Shown here: one piece after another, positions 29,506-40,707 of the stretch
Layout of the letters: every line of letters starts with the position of its first letter
Numbering within the stretch: the first letter of the stretch is position 1
Assembly (NCBI GenBank): GCA_000004695.1
Contig: CM000155.2
Location: 544,001-608,000 of the forward strand
DNA from: Dictyostelium discoideum
Lineage: Eukaryota
Length of the DNA stretch: 64,000 nt
Reading direction: 5' to 3'
Notes under the pieces: generated by a model
The model's input: only the letters and a program-made list of their open reading frames with translations
The model's database searches: none
What the model was told of the DNA's origin: nothing
Translations under genes and position numbers: made by a program

Positions 29506-30514
29506 ATATTAGCTATAATAAATATTGTTCTGAACAATTAAGATTAATTTCAGATTTTGATAAAATTCAAGAAATATTTGAAATTGTTTTAAAAAATCGT
29601 GCCTGAAATCAAGGTACCCAGGATAATAAAAAAATTTTAAAATTTTAGATAATGTTTATTCACATGGTAAAAATTCAATAATTTTATTAGAAACATTATT
29701 GAACAAATTAGAAATAAATGGAAGCCTAATGAAAAAGTAATTGAAATATTTCATTCAGATGCATCAGTAAATGATTTTTCAAAATTATTTAATTAAGTTT
29801 ATCATTTAAATTCATATTTGAATAAAATCAATAATATTTTTACATATGGTATTGGTAATGAATATGAAAATCAATTAGTACCAGATAATTCAATTGATTT
29901 TATATTTTCATTTTCAACTTTACATTGGGTACCAATTTTAAGTGAATATAAATCATTTGAAGGTTCATTATATATACCAATTACAGATTGTTTATCAGGT
30001 TTTGAAAATTATTATAAAGAAAGATTATTAAATGTATTAAAAATCGTTATTATTAATTAAAAGTCGGTGGTATTTTTTCATGTAATATTTTAATTCAAGA
30101 AGATCAAGGTAGTGAAAATGAAGAAAAAAGTAAATCTATTTATTATTCTATGATAAAAGTTAAAAATATTCTAAGAGAAATGAGTTATGAATCAATTTTA
30201 TCAAGAAAAGAAGTTGAAATGAATATCAATATACAATTGACAAATCAACAAATAATACTGGTCTAAAATTAATTTATGAAAATAGAAAAACTTCTAATTG
30301 GGCTGATAGTGATCAAGATGACGAATCTTATATTGGCTCAATTATTTCAGTTGCTGGTATATTCTTTAAAAATGCTATTAGGTGTGATAAGAATAGAGTT
30401 GATTCAATATTAGATGATTTTGTACAACGTCTACATTTAAAATACAAATTAAATCCGAATGATTTCCAATTTCATCTTTGTAATTTATATTTATCATTTT
30501 TAAAAGAAAATTAA
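29506..30514 (+). pseudogene. Decayed SABATH-like methyltransferase paralog with multiple stops and frameshifts.
   Basis: The DNA is colinear with the intact copies, running from the start MDISYNKYCSEQLRLISDFDKIQEIFEIVLKN to the shared 3' end ...LYLSFLKEN*. It is interrupted by in-frame tga and taa codons and by indels. The largest surviving ORF is 80 aa. Confidence 0.7.
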
Positions 30515-31205
30515 ATAAATTATTAAAAAAAATTATTATTTTTATTATTATAATAATTTTTTTTTTTAAAATATATTTATATTTATCATTTTTAAAAGAA
30601 AATTAAAAAAAAAAGTGAATAAATAAATTTTACAAAATAAATTATTTATTAATTTTAAAACAGAAAATATTTTTCCTTTTTTAGTTTTTTCTTTTTTAAT
30701 TTTATTTTATTTATTTTTTATATCTTTCAAATTAAAACTATTCAAACGATGGCTTGAATAAATTTTTTATCAAAATAAAAAAATCACTAAATCTTTTGAA
30801 CATGACATCATAAATTATGTTATAAAACAAAAGAAATAAAAATTAAAATAAATAAATTGGTACCACTATATAATTAAAAATAAATTTTTTTTTTTTTATA
30901 TTCTTTCATTTTTTTTTTAACCACACCACCTTTATTGAATATGTAACTGCTTTTTTAAATATGTAACTGCTTTTTTAATTGAGAAGTTTGGGAAAACTTA
31001 AGGGGTTAAAAAAAAAAAAAAAAAAAAAAAAAACTTCTGTGTATTAAAAATATGTATAAAACATTTTTACATAAAAATTTGATTTGCTTTTTGTATTTTT
31101 GTAAACTTTTTTCAATATTCCATACAATTATTTTTAAAAATATTTTCATAGCACAATTAAATTTATTTCCAAAAGTTAATTTTAGTTTCAATTTTTTATT
31201 TTAAA

Positions 31206-32255
31206 ATGGATAATAATTATAATAAATATTGTTCTGGACAATTAAGATTAATTTCAGATTTTGATAAAATTCAAGAAATATTTGAAATTGTTTTAAAAAA
31301 TCATGTTAGTAATCAAGGTACCCAAGATAATAATAATATTAAAATTTTAGATATTGGTTGTTCACATGGTAAAAATTCAATAATTGTTTTAAAACCATTA
31401 ATTGAACAAATTAGAAATAAATGGAAGCCAAATGAAAAAGTAATTGAAATATTTCATTCAGATTTACCAATAAATGATTTTTCAAAATTTTTTAATGAAG
31501 TTTATCATTTAAATTCATATTCAAATAAAATAAATAATATTTTTACATATGGTATTGGTAATGGATATGAAAATCAATTAGTACCAGATAATTCAATTGA
31601 TTTTATATTTTCATTTACAACTCTACACTGGGTACCATTATTAAATGAATATAAATCATTTGAAGGTTCATTATTAAATATTTCAATTACAGATCGTTTA
31701 CCAGGTTTTGAAAATTATTATAAAGAAAGATTATTAAATGTTTTGCATCATCGTTATAATGAATTAAAAGTCGGTGGTATTTTTTCATTTAATCTTTTCA
31801 TTCAAGAAGATCAAGATAGTGAAAATGAAGAAAAAAGTAAATCAATGAAAAATTGTACGAAAAAAATTAAAGAAATTCTTAGAGAAATGAGTTATGAATC
31901 AATTTTATCAAGAGAAGAAGTTGAAAATATGATTGTTCCAGCCATAATTTTTACTAGAGATGAATATCAATATGCAATTGATAAATCAACTAATAATACT
32001 GGTCTAAAATTAATTTATGAAAATAGAATAACAAGCAATTGGTATTATTGTTATCAAGATGATGAATCTTATATTGGTTCAATCATTGCATTTATTGGTA
32101 ATTTCATTAAAAACGCAATTAATGGAGATAAGAATAGAGTTGATTCAATATTCAATGATTTCGAACAACGTCTACATTTAAAATATAAATCAAATCCAAA
32201 AGATTTCCAATTTCATGTTAGTAGTTTATATTTATCATTTTTAAAAGAAAATTGA
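31206..32255 (+). CDS. SAM-dependent methyltransferase, SABATH/Methyltransf_7-like, intact copy of 349 aa.
   Basis: This is a full-length ORF with ILDIGCSHGKNSI and the C-terminal helical domain. It is the best-preserved member of the array. Confidence 0.7.
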   Translation: MDNNYNKYCSGQLRLISDFDKIQEIFEIVLKNHVSNQGTQDNNNIKILDIGCSHGKNSIIVLKPLIEQIRNKWKPNEKVIEIFHSDLPINDFSKFFNEVYHLNSYSNKINNIFTYGIGNGYENQLVPDNSIDFIFSFTTLHWVPLLNEYKSFEGSLLNISITDRLPGFENYYKERLLNVLHHRYNELKVGGIFSFNLFIQEDQDSENEEKSKSMKNCTKKIKEILREMSYESILSREEVENMIVPAIIFTRDEYQYAIDKSTNNTGLKLIYENRITSNWYYCYQDDESYIGSIIAFIGNFIKNAINGDKNRVDSIFNDFEQRLHLKYKSNPKDFQFHVSSLYLSFLKEN

Positions 32256-32490
32256 ATAAATTTTATATATTGATAAATAAAATTAAATATTTAAATTGAA
32301 TACTTACTAGAATTTATGTTATTAAAAAAATCGATTCTTTTTAAAAAACTGAGTAGAATTTGAAAGCATCAATTTTTAGAAAGCATTGATTTTTTTAAAA
32401 ATTTAAAAGAATTTTTTTCTTTTTATTTGTTTTTAAATTAAAATTATTTGTTTTTAAGTTTTTTTTTTAAAAAAAAAAAAGATTACTAAA

Positions 32491-33525
32491 ATGGATAATA
32501 ATTATAATAAATATTGTTCAGGACAATTAAAAATAATTTCAGATTTTGATAAAATTCAAGAAATATTTGGAATTGTTTTAAAAAATCATGCCAATAATCA
32601 AGGTACAAAGGATATTAAAAATTTTAGAATTTTAGATAATGGTTGTTCACATGGTAAAAATTCAATAATTGTCTTAAAACCATTAATTGAACAAATTAGA
32701 AATAAATGGAAGCCAAATGAAAAAGTAATTGAAATATTTCATTCAGATTAATCTGTAAATGATTTTTCAAAATTATTTAATGAAGTTTATCATTTAAATT
32801 CATATTCTAATAAAATCAATAACACTTTTACGTATGGTATTGGTAATGGATTTGAAAATCAAATAGTGCCAGATAATTCAATTGATTTTATATTTTCATT
32901 TACAACTTTTCATTGGGTACCATTTATAAATCGTTTGAAGGTTCATTATATAATATTGATTTTTCAGATCGTTTACCCGGTTTAGAAAATTATTATAAAG
33001 AACGACTATTAAATGTATTGAATAATCGATATAATGAATTAAAAGTCGGTGGTATTTTTTCATTTAATATTTTAATTCAAGATAATCAAGGTAGTGAAAA
33101 TGAAGAAAAAAGTAAATCAGGTTATTGTATGATAAAAGCTAATCAAATTCTAAGAGAAATGAGTTATGAATCAATTATATCAAGAGAAGAAGTTGAAAAT
33201 ATGATTATTCCAATCGTACATTTAACTAGAGATGAATATCAATATGCAATTGATAAATCAACAAATAATACTGGTCTAAAATTAATATATGAAAATAAAA
33301 TTACAATTGGTCTGATACTCATCAAGATGATGAATCTTATATTGGCTCAATTATTTCAATTATTGGTAATTCTATTAAAAGTTCAATTAATGGTGATACC
33401 AGTAGAGTTGATTCAATATTCAATGATTTTAAACAACGTCTTCATTTAAAATATAAATTAAATCCAAATGATTTCCAATTTCATGTTTGTAATTTATATT
33501 TATCATTTTTAAAAGAAAATTAAAC
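32491..33525 (+). pseudogene. Decayed SABATH-like methyltransferase paralog with a stop after codon 86, an internal deletion and a frameshift.
   Basis: The sequence is colinear with the intact copies from MDNNYNKYCSGQLKIISDFDKIQEIF through ...LYLSFLKEN*. It has gat taa in place of gat tta/tca, a deletion at ...WVPFI-NRLKV..., and a frameshift near 33300. Confidence 0.7.
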
Positions 33526-33636
33526 TTTATTAAAAAAAAAAAAAAAAAAAGATAAAATAAATAAAATAAAAAAAAGTGATATAATAAGAATTTTATTTAA
33601 TTCAATTTTAAGGTTTATCCAAATTGAAAAAAGTAA

Positions 33637-35628
33637 TTAGTTATCTTCATCTTCCTCTTCTTCATCTTCTTCATCTTCATTATTATTTTGTTCAGTATCA
33701 CTACCCATTAAATCAGAAAATCTTGAAGATTTATCTTTTTTTTGTTGTTTTGATTTTCTAGCTTTTTTAAAAGCTTGAGTTTCATGTAAAATTTCATTAA
33801 TTGATTCTTGTTCTTGTTTTTTCTTTTCTTCTTGTTTTTTTAATTGAATTTCAATTGAAGATTGTTTTGGTTGTTGTTTTTGTAATAATTTATCAGCTTC
33901 TTGTTGTTCTAATTTTCTTTTTTTTTCATTAATTGCATCTTGTCTTTCTTTTGCATCTTTTTCTTTTTTTAATTTAATTTTATTAACTTTTTCTAATCTT
34001 TGTTTTTCTTTTTTCTTTTCTTTATAGGCGATTTTTAAGATTTGATCTTTTGTATAACCACTTGTCCACTCTGCAATTAAAGTTTTATCACGAATTTCAG
34101 GCATTCTTGGTAAGTAAAGTAAACCAAAACCTGTTGCTAATAAACCAATATTTAAACGATGAAATACAAATATATAAGGACAAAGATGTTCTTTATAACC
34201 ACGTACATGCGATACCATTGCAATTACACCCTTTTCCATAATTTCACGATCGTTGAATGATATTTTTTTAATTTCTGGTAGGACGTTTGTAACGTTTTCA
34301 GCTTTCACCATCTCTACCAATGGTACTTTTTTAATTTTTAAAAATTCAATATAGGAATCTTCTTCTGGTGAAAGGAAAATCAAAGCATTACCATCACGAC
34401 CCATACGAGCAGTTCTACCAATACGATGAACAAATGCTTTTGGATCTTGTGGAGAATCATATTGAAGTACCCAATCAACATTTGGAATATCTAAACCACG
34501 AGCAGCCAAATCAGTTGATAATAAACAACCATTGGTAGCTTGAGAGAATGAATCGAAAACTTTAATACGTTGACTGTGTGGTGCTTTACCATGTAATGAA
34601 AAGAATGGTTTCCCACTCAATACTTTAACCGATTGAAGTATCTTAAAGAAATAATCAACAGTTGAACAAGTTAGGAAATAAATTATAATTTTATTCTTAT
34701 CAATATGATTTAATAAAAAGTGAACCAATTGATTCAATCTCTCTTCAACAGGTACAATCATATATCTATTATCCAATGTGGTTGGAATTGATTGATCTTC
34801 ATGAGTTTCAATATGTTTAACTGATACTGAAACTTTGAATGGATTACGCATACCAGTTCTTGCCAATTCTTTAACTTCCGATGTTTGAGTTGCTGAAAAT
34901 AATCCAGTTCTACGTTGTTTTGGTAATTTCAATAAAATTGAATTAATTGGTAAATGAAAACCCATATCCAATAATCTATCTGCTTCATCTAAAATTAACA
35001 TTTCAAATTCTTTAAATTTAAATTGTTGATCATTCCTTACAACTCTTGTTAAAAATTCATCAGTTCTACCTGGTGTACCAATTAAAATATTACCACCATA
35101 ATTTTTATAATTAACTAAATCTTGATAAATATCTGTACCACCAATTAATAATAAACTTGAAATTTCAATTTTTTTTTTTTTTTTTTTTTTTTCAATTTCT
35201 TCTTCTTCTTTTTCATTTTCTTCTTCTTCTTGTTCTTCTAATAATTCATCTTCTAAAGTTTTAATATTTTCTAAATCATTTTGGTCATCAATTCTATTTA
35301 AATCATTTAAAAATTCTAATAAAACTTGTTGGATTTGAATTGCTAATTCACGAGTTGGTGAAATAATAATTGATGCTATATCTGTTTTCTTTAGATTGGT
35401 TTCTCTTTTTAAAATTTTTTCAATAATTGGAATTACAAATGCTAATGTTTTACCTGACCCTGTACATGCTTCAACTAATACATCTTTATTTGACATAAAT
35501 AATGGTATAACTGCTGATTGAACTGGCGACATTGATTTAAATCCTAATCTATTAATTGTATTTAATGTACTATCACTTAATTTATTTTCAAGTTTATTCC
35601 AACCACCTGTATCAACTTTACTTGTCAT
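33637..35628 (-). CDS. ddx55: DEAD-box ATP-dependent RNA helicase, DDX55/Spb4 ortholog, 663 aa.
   Basis: Helicase motifs are visible: Q motif region ...FKSMSPVQSAVIPLF, ACTGSGKTLAFVIP, PTRELA, TPGR, LDEADRLLDMGF, SAT, ARGLDIP and HRIGRTAR. The helicase core aligns well with human DDX55. The tail is K/E-rich, and an A27 run encodes poly-Lys. Confidence 0.85.
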   Translation of the reverse strand: MTSKVDTGGWNKLENKLSDSTLNTINRLGFKSMSPVQSAVIPLFMSNKDVLVEACTGSGKTLAFVIPIIEKILKRETNLKKTDIASIIISPTRELAIQIQQVLLEFLNDLNRIDDQNDLENIKTLEDELLEEQEEEENEKEEEEIEKKKKKKKIEISSLLLIGGTDIYQDLVNYKNYGGNILIGTPGRTDEFLTRVVRNDQQFKFKEFEMLILDEADRLLDMGFHLPINSILLKLPKQRRTGLFSATQTSEVKELARTGMRNPFKVSVSVKHIETHEDQSIPTTLDNRYMIVPVEERLNQLVHFLLNHIDKNKIIIYFLTCSTVDYFFKILQSVKVLSGKPFFSLHGKAPHSQRIKVFDSFSQATNGCLLSTDLAARGLDIPNVDWVLQYDSPQDPKAFVHRIGRTARMGRDGNALIFLSPEEDSYIEFLKIKKVPLVEMVKAENVTNVLPEIKKISFNDREIMEKGVIAMVSHVRGYKEHLCPYIFVFHRLNIGLLATGFGLLYLPRMPEIRDKTLIAEWTSGYTKDQILKIAYKEKKKEKQRLEKVNKIKLKKEKDAKERQDAINEKKRKLEQQEADKLLQKQQPKQSSIEIQLKKQEEKKKQEQESINEILHETQAFKKARKSKQQKKDKSSRFSDLMGSDTEQNNNEDEEDEEEEDEDN

Positions 35629-35699
35629 TTTTTAATTTTTTTTTAATTTTTAATTTATATTCTATTTTTAATTATATTATTTCTTATTTAGAAAATTAG

Positions 35700-35740
<41 letters not shown>

Positions 35741-36024
35741 GAAATAAAAAAAATAAAAATAAAAATAAAAATAAAAACCAATTAAAATTTCATCGTTTTC
35801 GGTTTTTTAAGATTTTGCTTTTTATTTTTATTTTTATTTTTTTTTTTTTTTTTATTTTTTTTTGAGAAATTTTTAATATTTACACTCTGATTTCATTTTT
35901 TTTTTTTTAAACCCCACTTTTAGCAATTTTTTTTGAAAAAAAAAAAAAACTATCATTTATTGTTTTTCTTTTTATTATTACATCGGTGGAGAGTATATTT
36001 TTAAAAACCAATATACAAAATCTG

Positions 36025-38109
36025 ATGACAAATTTAAAAAATAAAAAAATTGAAAATTCAAGTATAGAGGTTGATAACAATAATAATAATAATAATAATA
36101 ACAATAATAAAAATCAAAATAATAAAAAAAGAACATTAGAAATATCCTATACAAATAAATTTCAATTTTTAGATAGTTCAGATAGTGGTGGTGAAAGTGA
36201 TACAGATAAAGAAATGAATAGAGTTTCATTAAAAAAAAAAAAGAAATCATCACCAATTTCAAATAAATTAAGTCAAGATTTAAAGAAAAAAGAACAAAAA
36301 TTTAAAACTACAAATGATACAGTAACTGATTATAACACCAACAATGGTGGTGGTGGTGTAGGTAGTAATGGTGAAATTCAAAAACCAACATTTTCAATTA
36401 ATCGTAATAATTGTACAATTAAAGATATTCAAGATTATATAGTTTGGTTAATGTTAAGATTTAAAGTACCAACACCAAATTGGATTTTCACAGCAATGTC
36501 ACCATTAATTAAAAAAGTTGTAGTAGTATCAATTCAAGGCATTAGTTCGTTGATGCACGATAAATTATCATTGTTATCTGGTAAAGATCATTTATTCTCT
36601 CAAGTATTTGAAGCTAAAAACAAAGTTGAATTACAATTTCCAAATTATAATCATATCTTTGAATCACTATTAAATGTCAAAACTTGTAAAGTTCAAAAAA
36701 TTGATACTTGTGAAAAAATGAGAAAAGAAATTGAACCAATATCATTCTATCTATTAGATGATCAACAATTAGTTGAAAATGGTTATTTTACTATAAAAGA
36801 TTTAAAAGATGGTTGGGTATATAGTAATCAAGTTAAACAAATTTTAAATTTAATAAAACCATCTAATGATGATGATAATAATAATAATAATCAAGAAGAA
36901 GATAATGGAGCATCATCACCAACAACAACCACAGTTAATAGTGATGATGATAATAATGATAATAATAATAATTTAATAAATAAATTAAATTTAAAAGTTA
37001 AAGAAATGTTAGCAATTGATTGTGAAATGTGTAGAACAGAGGGTGGTCAATTAGAATTAACAAGAATTAGTATTGTAAATGAACAAAAAAAAGTAGTATT
37101 GAATGAATTAGTATTACCAGAGAAACCAATTATAGATTATTTAACGCAGTACAGTGGTATTACAGCAGATACATTAAAGAATGTTACAAATCGTTTATCG
37201 GATATTCATGCGAAACTTGAGAAATTGGTTGGAGTTGATACTGTATTGATTGGACATTCCTTGGAGAACGATTTGAAAGCAATGAAATTCATACATCGTA
37301 AAATCATTGACACATCTATACTCTATCCAACAGGATCCAGTGGTAAATTCTCATTGAAATATTTAACAAAGAAATATTTAAATCGTATCATTCAATCTAC
37401 TAAACATGGTAAACTTGGTCATGACTCAATTGAGGATGCACGTGCTGCAATGGATTTAGCTCAATTGAAAATTCAAAAAGGTAAAAGTTTTGGAACTAGA
37501 TTGGCATCAATGGAGAATTTATTCGATAAAATTAATAAACATGAAAAGAAATCAAGTTTCATCGATAGATTAGAAGATATTAAAACTTTTACTTCTCAAG
37601 TGGTATCTTGCTTCAATTGTGAAAATGATAATGAAGTAATTGAAAAAATAATTAAACAATCCTCAAATTCCTCTTCTTCAGATTTAATCTTTTCACAATT
37701 AACTTCATTATCTGATCATTTTAAAAGTTTACTACCAAAACAATTTTCAATTACAAATCCTGAAGAAAATAAATTAACTACTACTACAACCACAACTACT
37801 ACTACTATTACTAATCCAATTGAAACTATTATTGATTCACCATTATTAACTGAAAAAGAAATTAAAGAAATTCATTCACTTGATAGTATTGAAATTAATA
37901 CAACAGTTAAACAAATAGTTCGTCAAATGGAATTACAAATAAAGAATGTTTATGATAAATTACAAGAGAATTCAATGTTATTATTAATTTTAGGTCCTGG
38001 TCCATTAAATGATATTATTCGTTTCCAAGGTGATGGTAATAAACAAAAAGATTATTATTTATCAGTTGATACTGCAAAAGAAGGTGTGGCATTTTTAGCA
38101 TTAAAATAA
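36025..38109 (+). CDS. RNA exonuclease, REX1/REXO1-like (DEDDh 3'-5' exonuclease domain), about 694 aa.
   Basis: The C-terminal third contains LAIDCEMCRTEGGQLELTRISIV...GHSLENDLKAM...HDSIEDARAAMDL (DEDDh motifs I-III). The N-terminal region is Asn-rich low complexity. The ORF track starts at an alternative codon at 35986, and the first in-frame ATG is at 36025. Confidence 0.75.
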   Translation: MTNLKNKKIENSSIEVDNNNNNNNNNNNKNQNNKKRTLEISYTNKFQFLDSSDSGGESDTDKEMNRVSLKKKKKSSPISNKLSQDLKKKEQKFKTTNDTVTDYNTNNGGGGVGSNGEIQKPTFSINRNNCTIKDIQDYIVWLMLRFKVPTPNWIFTAMSPLIKKVVVVSIQGISSLMHDKLSLLSGKDHLFSQVFEAKNKVELQFPNYNHIFESLLNVKTCKVQKIDTCEKMRKEIEPISFYLLDDQQLVENGYFTIKDLKDGWVYSNQVKQILNLIKPSNDDDNNNNNQEEDNGASSPTTTTVNSDDDNNDNNNNLINKLNLKVKEMLAIDCEMCRTEGGQLELTRISIVNEQKKVVLNELVLPEKPIIDYLTQYSGITADTLKNVTNRLSDIHAKLEKLVGVDTVLIGHSLENDLKAMKFIHRKIIDTSILYPTGSSGKFSLKYLTKKYLNRIIQSTKHGKLGHDSIEDARAAMDLAQLKIQKGKSFGTRLASMENLFDKINKHEKKSSFIDRLEDIKTFTSQVVSCFNCENDNEVIEKIIKQSSNSSSSDLIFSQLTSLSDHFKSLLPKQFSITNPEENKLTTTTTTTTTTITNPIETIIDSPLLTEKEIKEIHSLDSIEINTTVKQIVRQMELQIKNVYDKLQENSMLLLILGPGPLNDIIRFQGDGNKQKDYYLSVDTAKEGVAFLALK

Positions 38110-38225
38110 ATAAATAATAATAAATAAATAAAAAAACAAATAATAATAATAAAACAAAAACAAAAACAAAAACAACAAATAATTTTATAATTTAAAATTT
38201 TTATTTTATTTTTTATTTTTATTTT

Positions 38226-38829
38226 TTATTTATTTAAAATTAAACCATTATTAATATCAATTGTATAATTTACTTTATTGGTTGAAGAATCATCACCAAT
38301 TGGTGATAATTCACAAGTTAGTTTTAATAGATAATCATTTTCAAGAATGATTGATTGACAGCTTGGTTGAATGAAATCACTTGATTTAATTAACCCTGTT
38401 TTAACATGCATTATATCATAGTTTCCATTAATTCCATTATATAAAAATAAATATTGATCATTTGTAACTGGTGAATTAAAATGAACGATTTTTGTCCAAT
38501 TATCATTTGTTGAATATTTATATATACTTTGATCTTCACATATTAATTCATTATATCCACTTGGTTCTCTATAATAATATTTAAAATTACAACCATCATA
38601 TTTTGGTGATACATAACTTAGTGATTCTAAAATTATAAAAATAAAAAAATAAAAAAATAAAAAAATAAATAAAAAATGTTATATAAATAAATAATTAATT
38701 TGTTTGTTTTTTTTTTCTAAATAATTATTTTTTGGATACATATATTATTAATTATTAAATTTAATAATACTTACTACTAAATAAAATAAAAAATATTGAA
38801 AATATAATTAAACTTAAAATAATCTTCAT
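38226..38829 (-). CDS. Small secreted protein of about 151 aa. Structure is complement(join(38226..38626,38775..38829)).
   Basis: Exon 1 is MKIILSLIIFSIFFILFSS plus a GTAAGT donor (phase 1). The acceptor TTTTAG restores the frame to ...KSLSYVSPKYDGCNFKYYYREPSGYNELICEDQ.... No recognised domain is present. Confidence 0.5.
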
Positions 38830-38874
38830 TTTTATTTTTTTATTTTTTTAAATTTTTATTTTTTTTAAATTTTT

Positions 38875-38918
<44 letters not shown>

Positions 38919-39520
38919 AAATAATTTAGTGATAAGAGTTTTATTTTAATTTTTTTAATAAAAAAAATAAAATAAAGAAATTTTAATATTTGATCATTCC
39001 ATTGTTTTTTTTTTTTTATTTTTTTTAATTTTTTAAAAAAAAATAAATAAAACAATAATAATAAAAATTAATAATTGTTTTAAAAAATTTAATTAAATTT
39101 TAGCATTTGTAAAAATTAAAATACAAATAATTATAAGGTGTGTTGTATGTGTGTGAATTAAAATTGTATGTTTTATTATTTAAAAATTAATTTTTTTTGA
39201 TTTATTAGTGTGTGGTTAGTTTTTTTTTTTTTTTTTTTTTTTTTGTAGTCTGTCTTTTTTTTGATTTTTTTTTTTTTTTAAATGTGACTTTTATAAAAAT
39301 AGTGACTATTAATTTATAATACAACCCTTTTAAGGTATTACTTTTTTATAATTATTATTATCTATTTATCTTATATAAAAAAAAAAAAAAAATTTAGAAA
39401 TTATTTTATTTTTTTTTAATTGTTAACTGTAATACTGAACTGTAATATGCATATTAACTTCAATAATTTAATCATTATCGTTTTGATATTTTTTTTTAAA
39501 AAAAAAAATTAAATAATAAG

Positions 39521-39591
<71 letters not shown>

Positions 39592-39709
39592 CAAAAATAT
39601 TATATTTATAAAAACCCTAACGGTCAATCTATTTATTTATATTTTTATTTGTTTATTTATTTATATATTTATTTATATATTTATCTATTTATTTATTATT
39701 TATTTATTA

Positions 39710-40099
39710 TTAATTTTGTTTACTTAAAAATTGAGATGATAAATTAAGAGTACAATCTTGGTAATCTAAATTTACTAAACATTGAACAATACAACTAGCA
39801 TCAGTACCACATTCTTCACGACAAACTTGTAAAATGAGTGAGCAACTGGTTTTTAAATTTGGATTTGAATTTAATTGATTTGATTTTTCTTCATGGAAAT
39901 TATTATTTATTGTACAATGTGCATAATCTAAATTTACTAAGCAAGTTGTAAAACAATTTGAATTATTGCCACACATTCTTTCGCATGCATCGAAAATTTG
40001 TTGACAACTTGTTGAAGAAACAATACCATTATTAATATTAATAATATTAAAAATTAATAAAGTAATAAGTAATTTAGATAAAATTTTAACAATATTCAT
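39710..40099 (-). CDS. Small secreted cysteine-rich protein of 129 aa, built from two tandem roughly 35-aa Cys-repeat units.
   Basis: The signal peptide is MNIVKILSKLLITLLIFNIININNG. Repeat 1 is SCQQIFDACERMCGNNSNCFTTCLVNLDYAHCTIN and repeat 2 is SCSLILQVCREECGTDASCIVQCLVNLDYQDCTLN. Confidence 0.5.
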   Translation of the reverse strand: MNIVKILSKLLITLLIFNIININNGIVSSTSCQQIFDACERMCGNNSNCFTTCLVNLDYAHCTINNNFHEEKSNQLNSNPNLKTSCSLILQVCREECGTDASCIVQCLVNLDYQDCTLNLSSQFLSKQN

Positions 40100-40707
40100 T
40101 TTTTTTTATTTCTTTTTTTATTTATTGTATAATATTTTTCGAAAAATGAATTTTTTTTTTTTTTTTTTTCCTTTAAATACCCATTTAAATTTTTTTAAAT
40201 TTAATTTTTTAATTAATTTTTTTTTTAAAAATCTAAGTTGAACTTAAAAAAAAAAAAAGAAATTAAAAAAAAAAATTTCCTTACTTTTAAAAAAATAAAC
40301 TTTTTTAAAAATATAAACATTTCCATACAAGTGGAAATTTTTTTTTTTACTTCAACAATTCAATTGATTTTTACCTCTACTTTTCTTTGTCTCTAAATGT
40401 AAGATAATTGTTTTTTACCTATTTTAGAAATCCCAAAATGATTTTTATTTTTTTATTTTTTTTACTATTATTATCAAAAAATAAATGAAAAAAAAAATAT
40501 GAAAAAAAAAAATAATAATAATTAAAATTGGTTTTGGATTTCAAAATTCACATAATCAAATTCAAAGAAAATTAGAAAATTAGTATTTTTTTCTAAAAAA
40601 AAAAAAAAAATTCTAAAAAAAAAAAAAAATGAATCATTCACACAAAACTATTATTTTATGACTATTATTTAATATGTTTATATTTGTATATATAAATTTA
40701 TAACAAA

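Noticed and set aside
35907-36262. Minus-strand ORFs 35907..36104 and 35978..36262 (poly-L, poly-Y) overlapping the 5' end of the REX1-like gene.
   Set aside because: They are antisense readings of the Asn-rich (AAT-rich) N-terminal coding region.
38840-39055. ORF 38840..39055 (-) containing a (TA)n-derived IYIYIY stretch.
   Set aside because: It is a translation of a (TA)16 microsatellite and A/T runs upstream of the secreted-protein gene.
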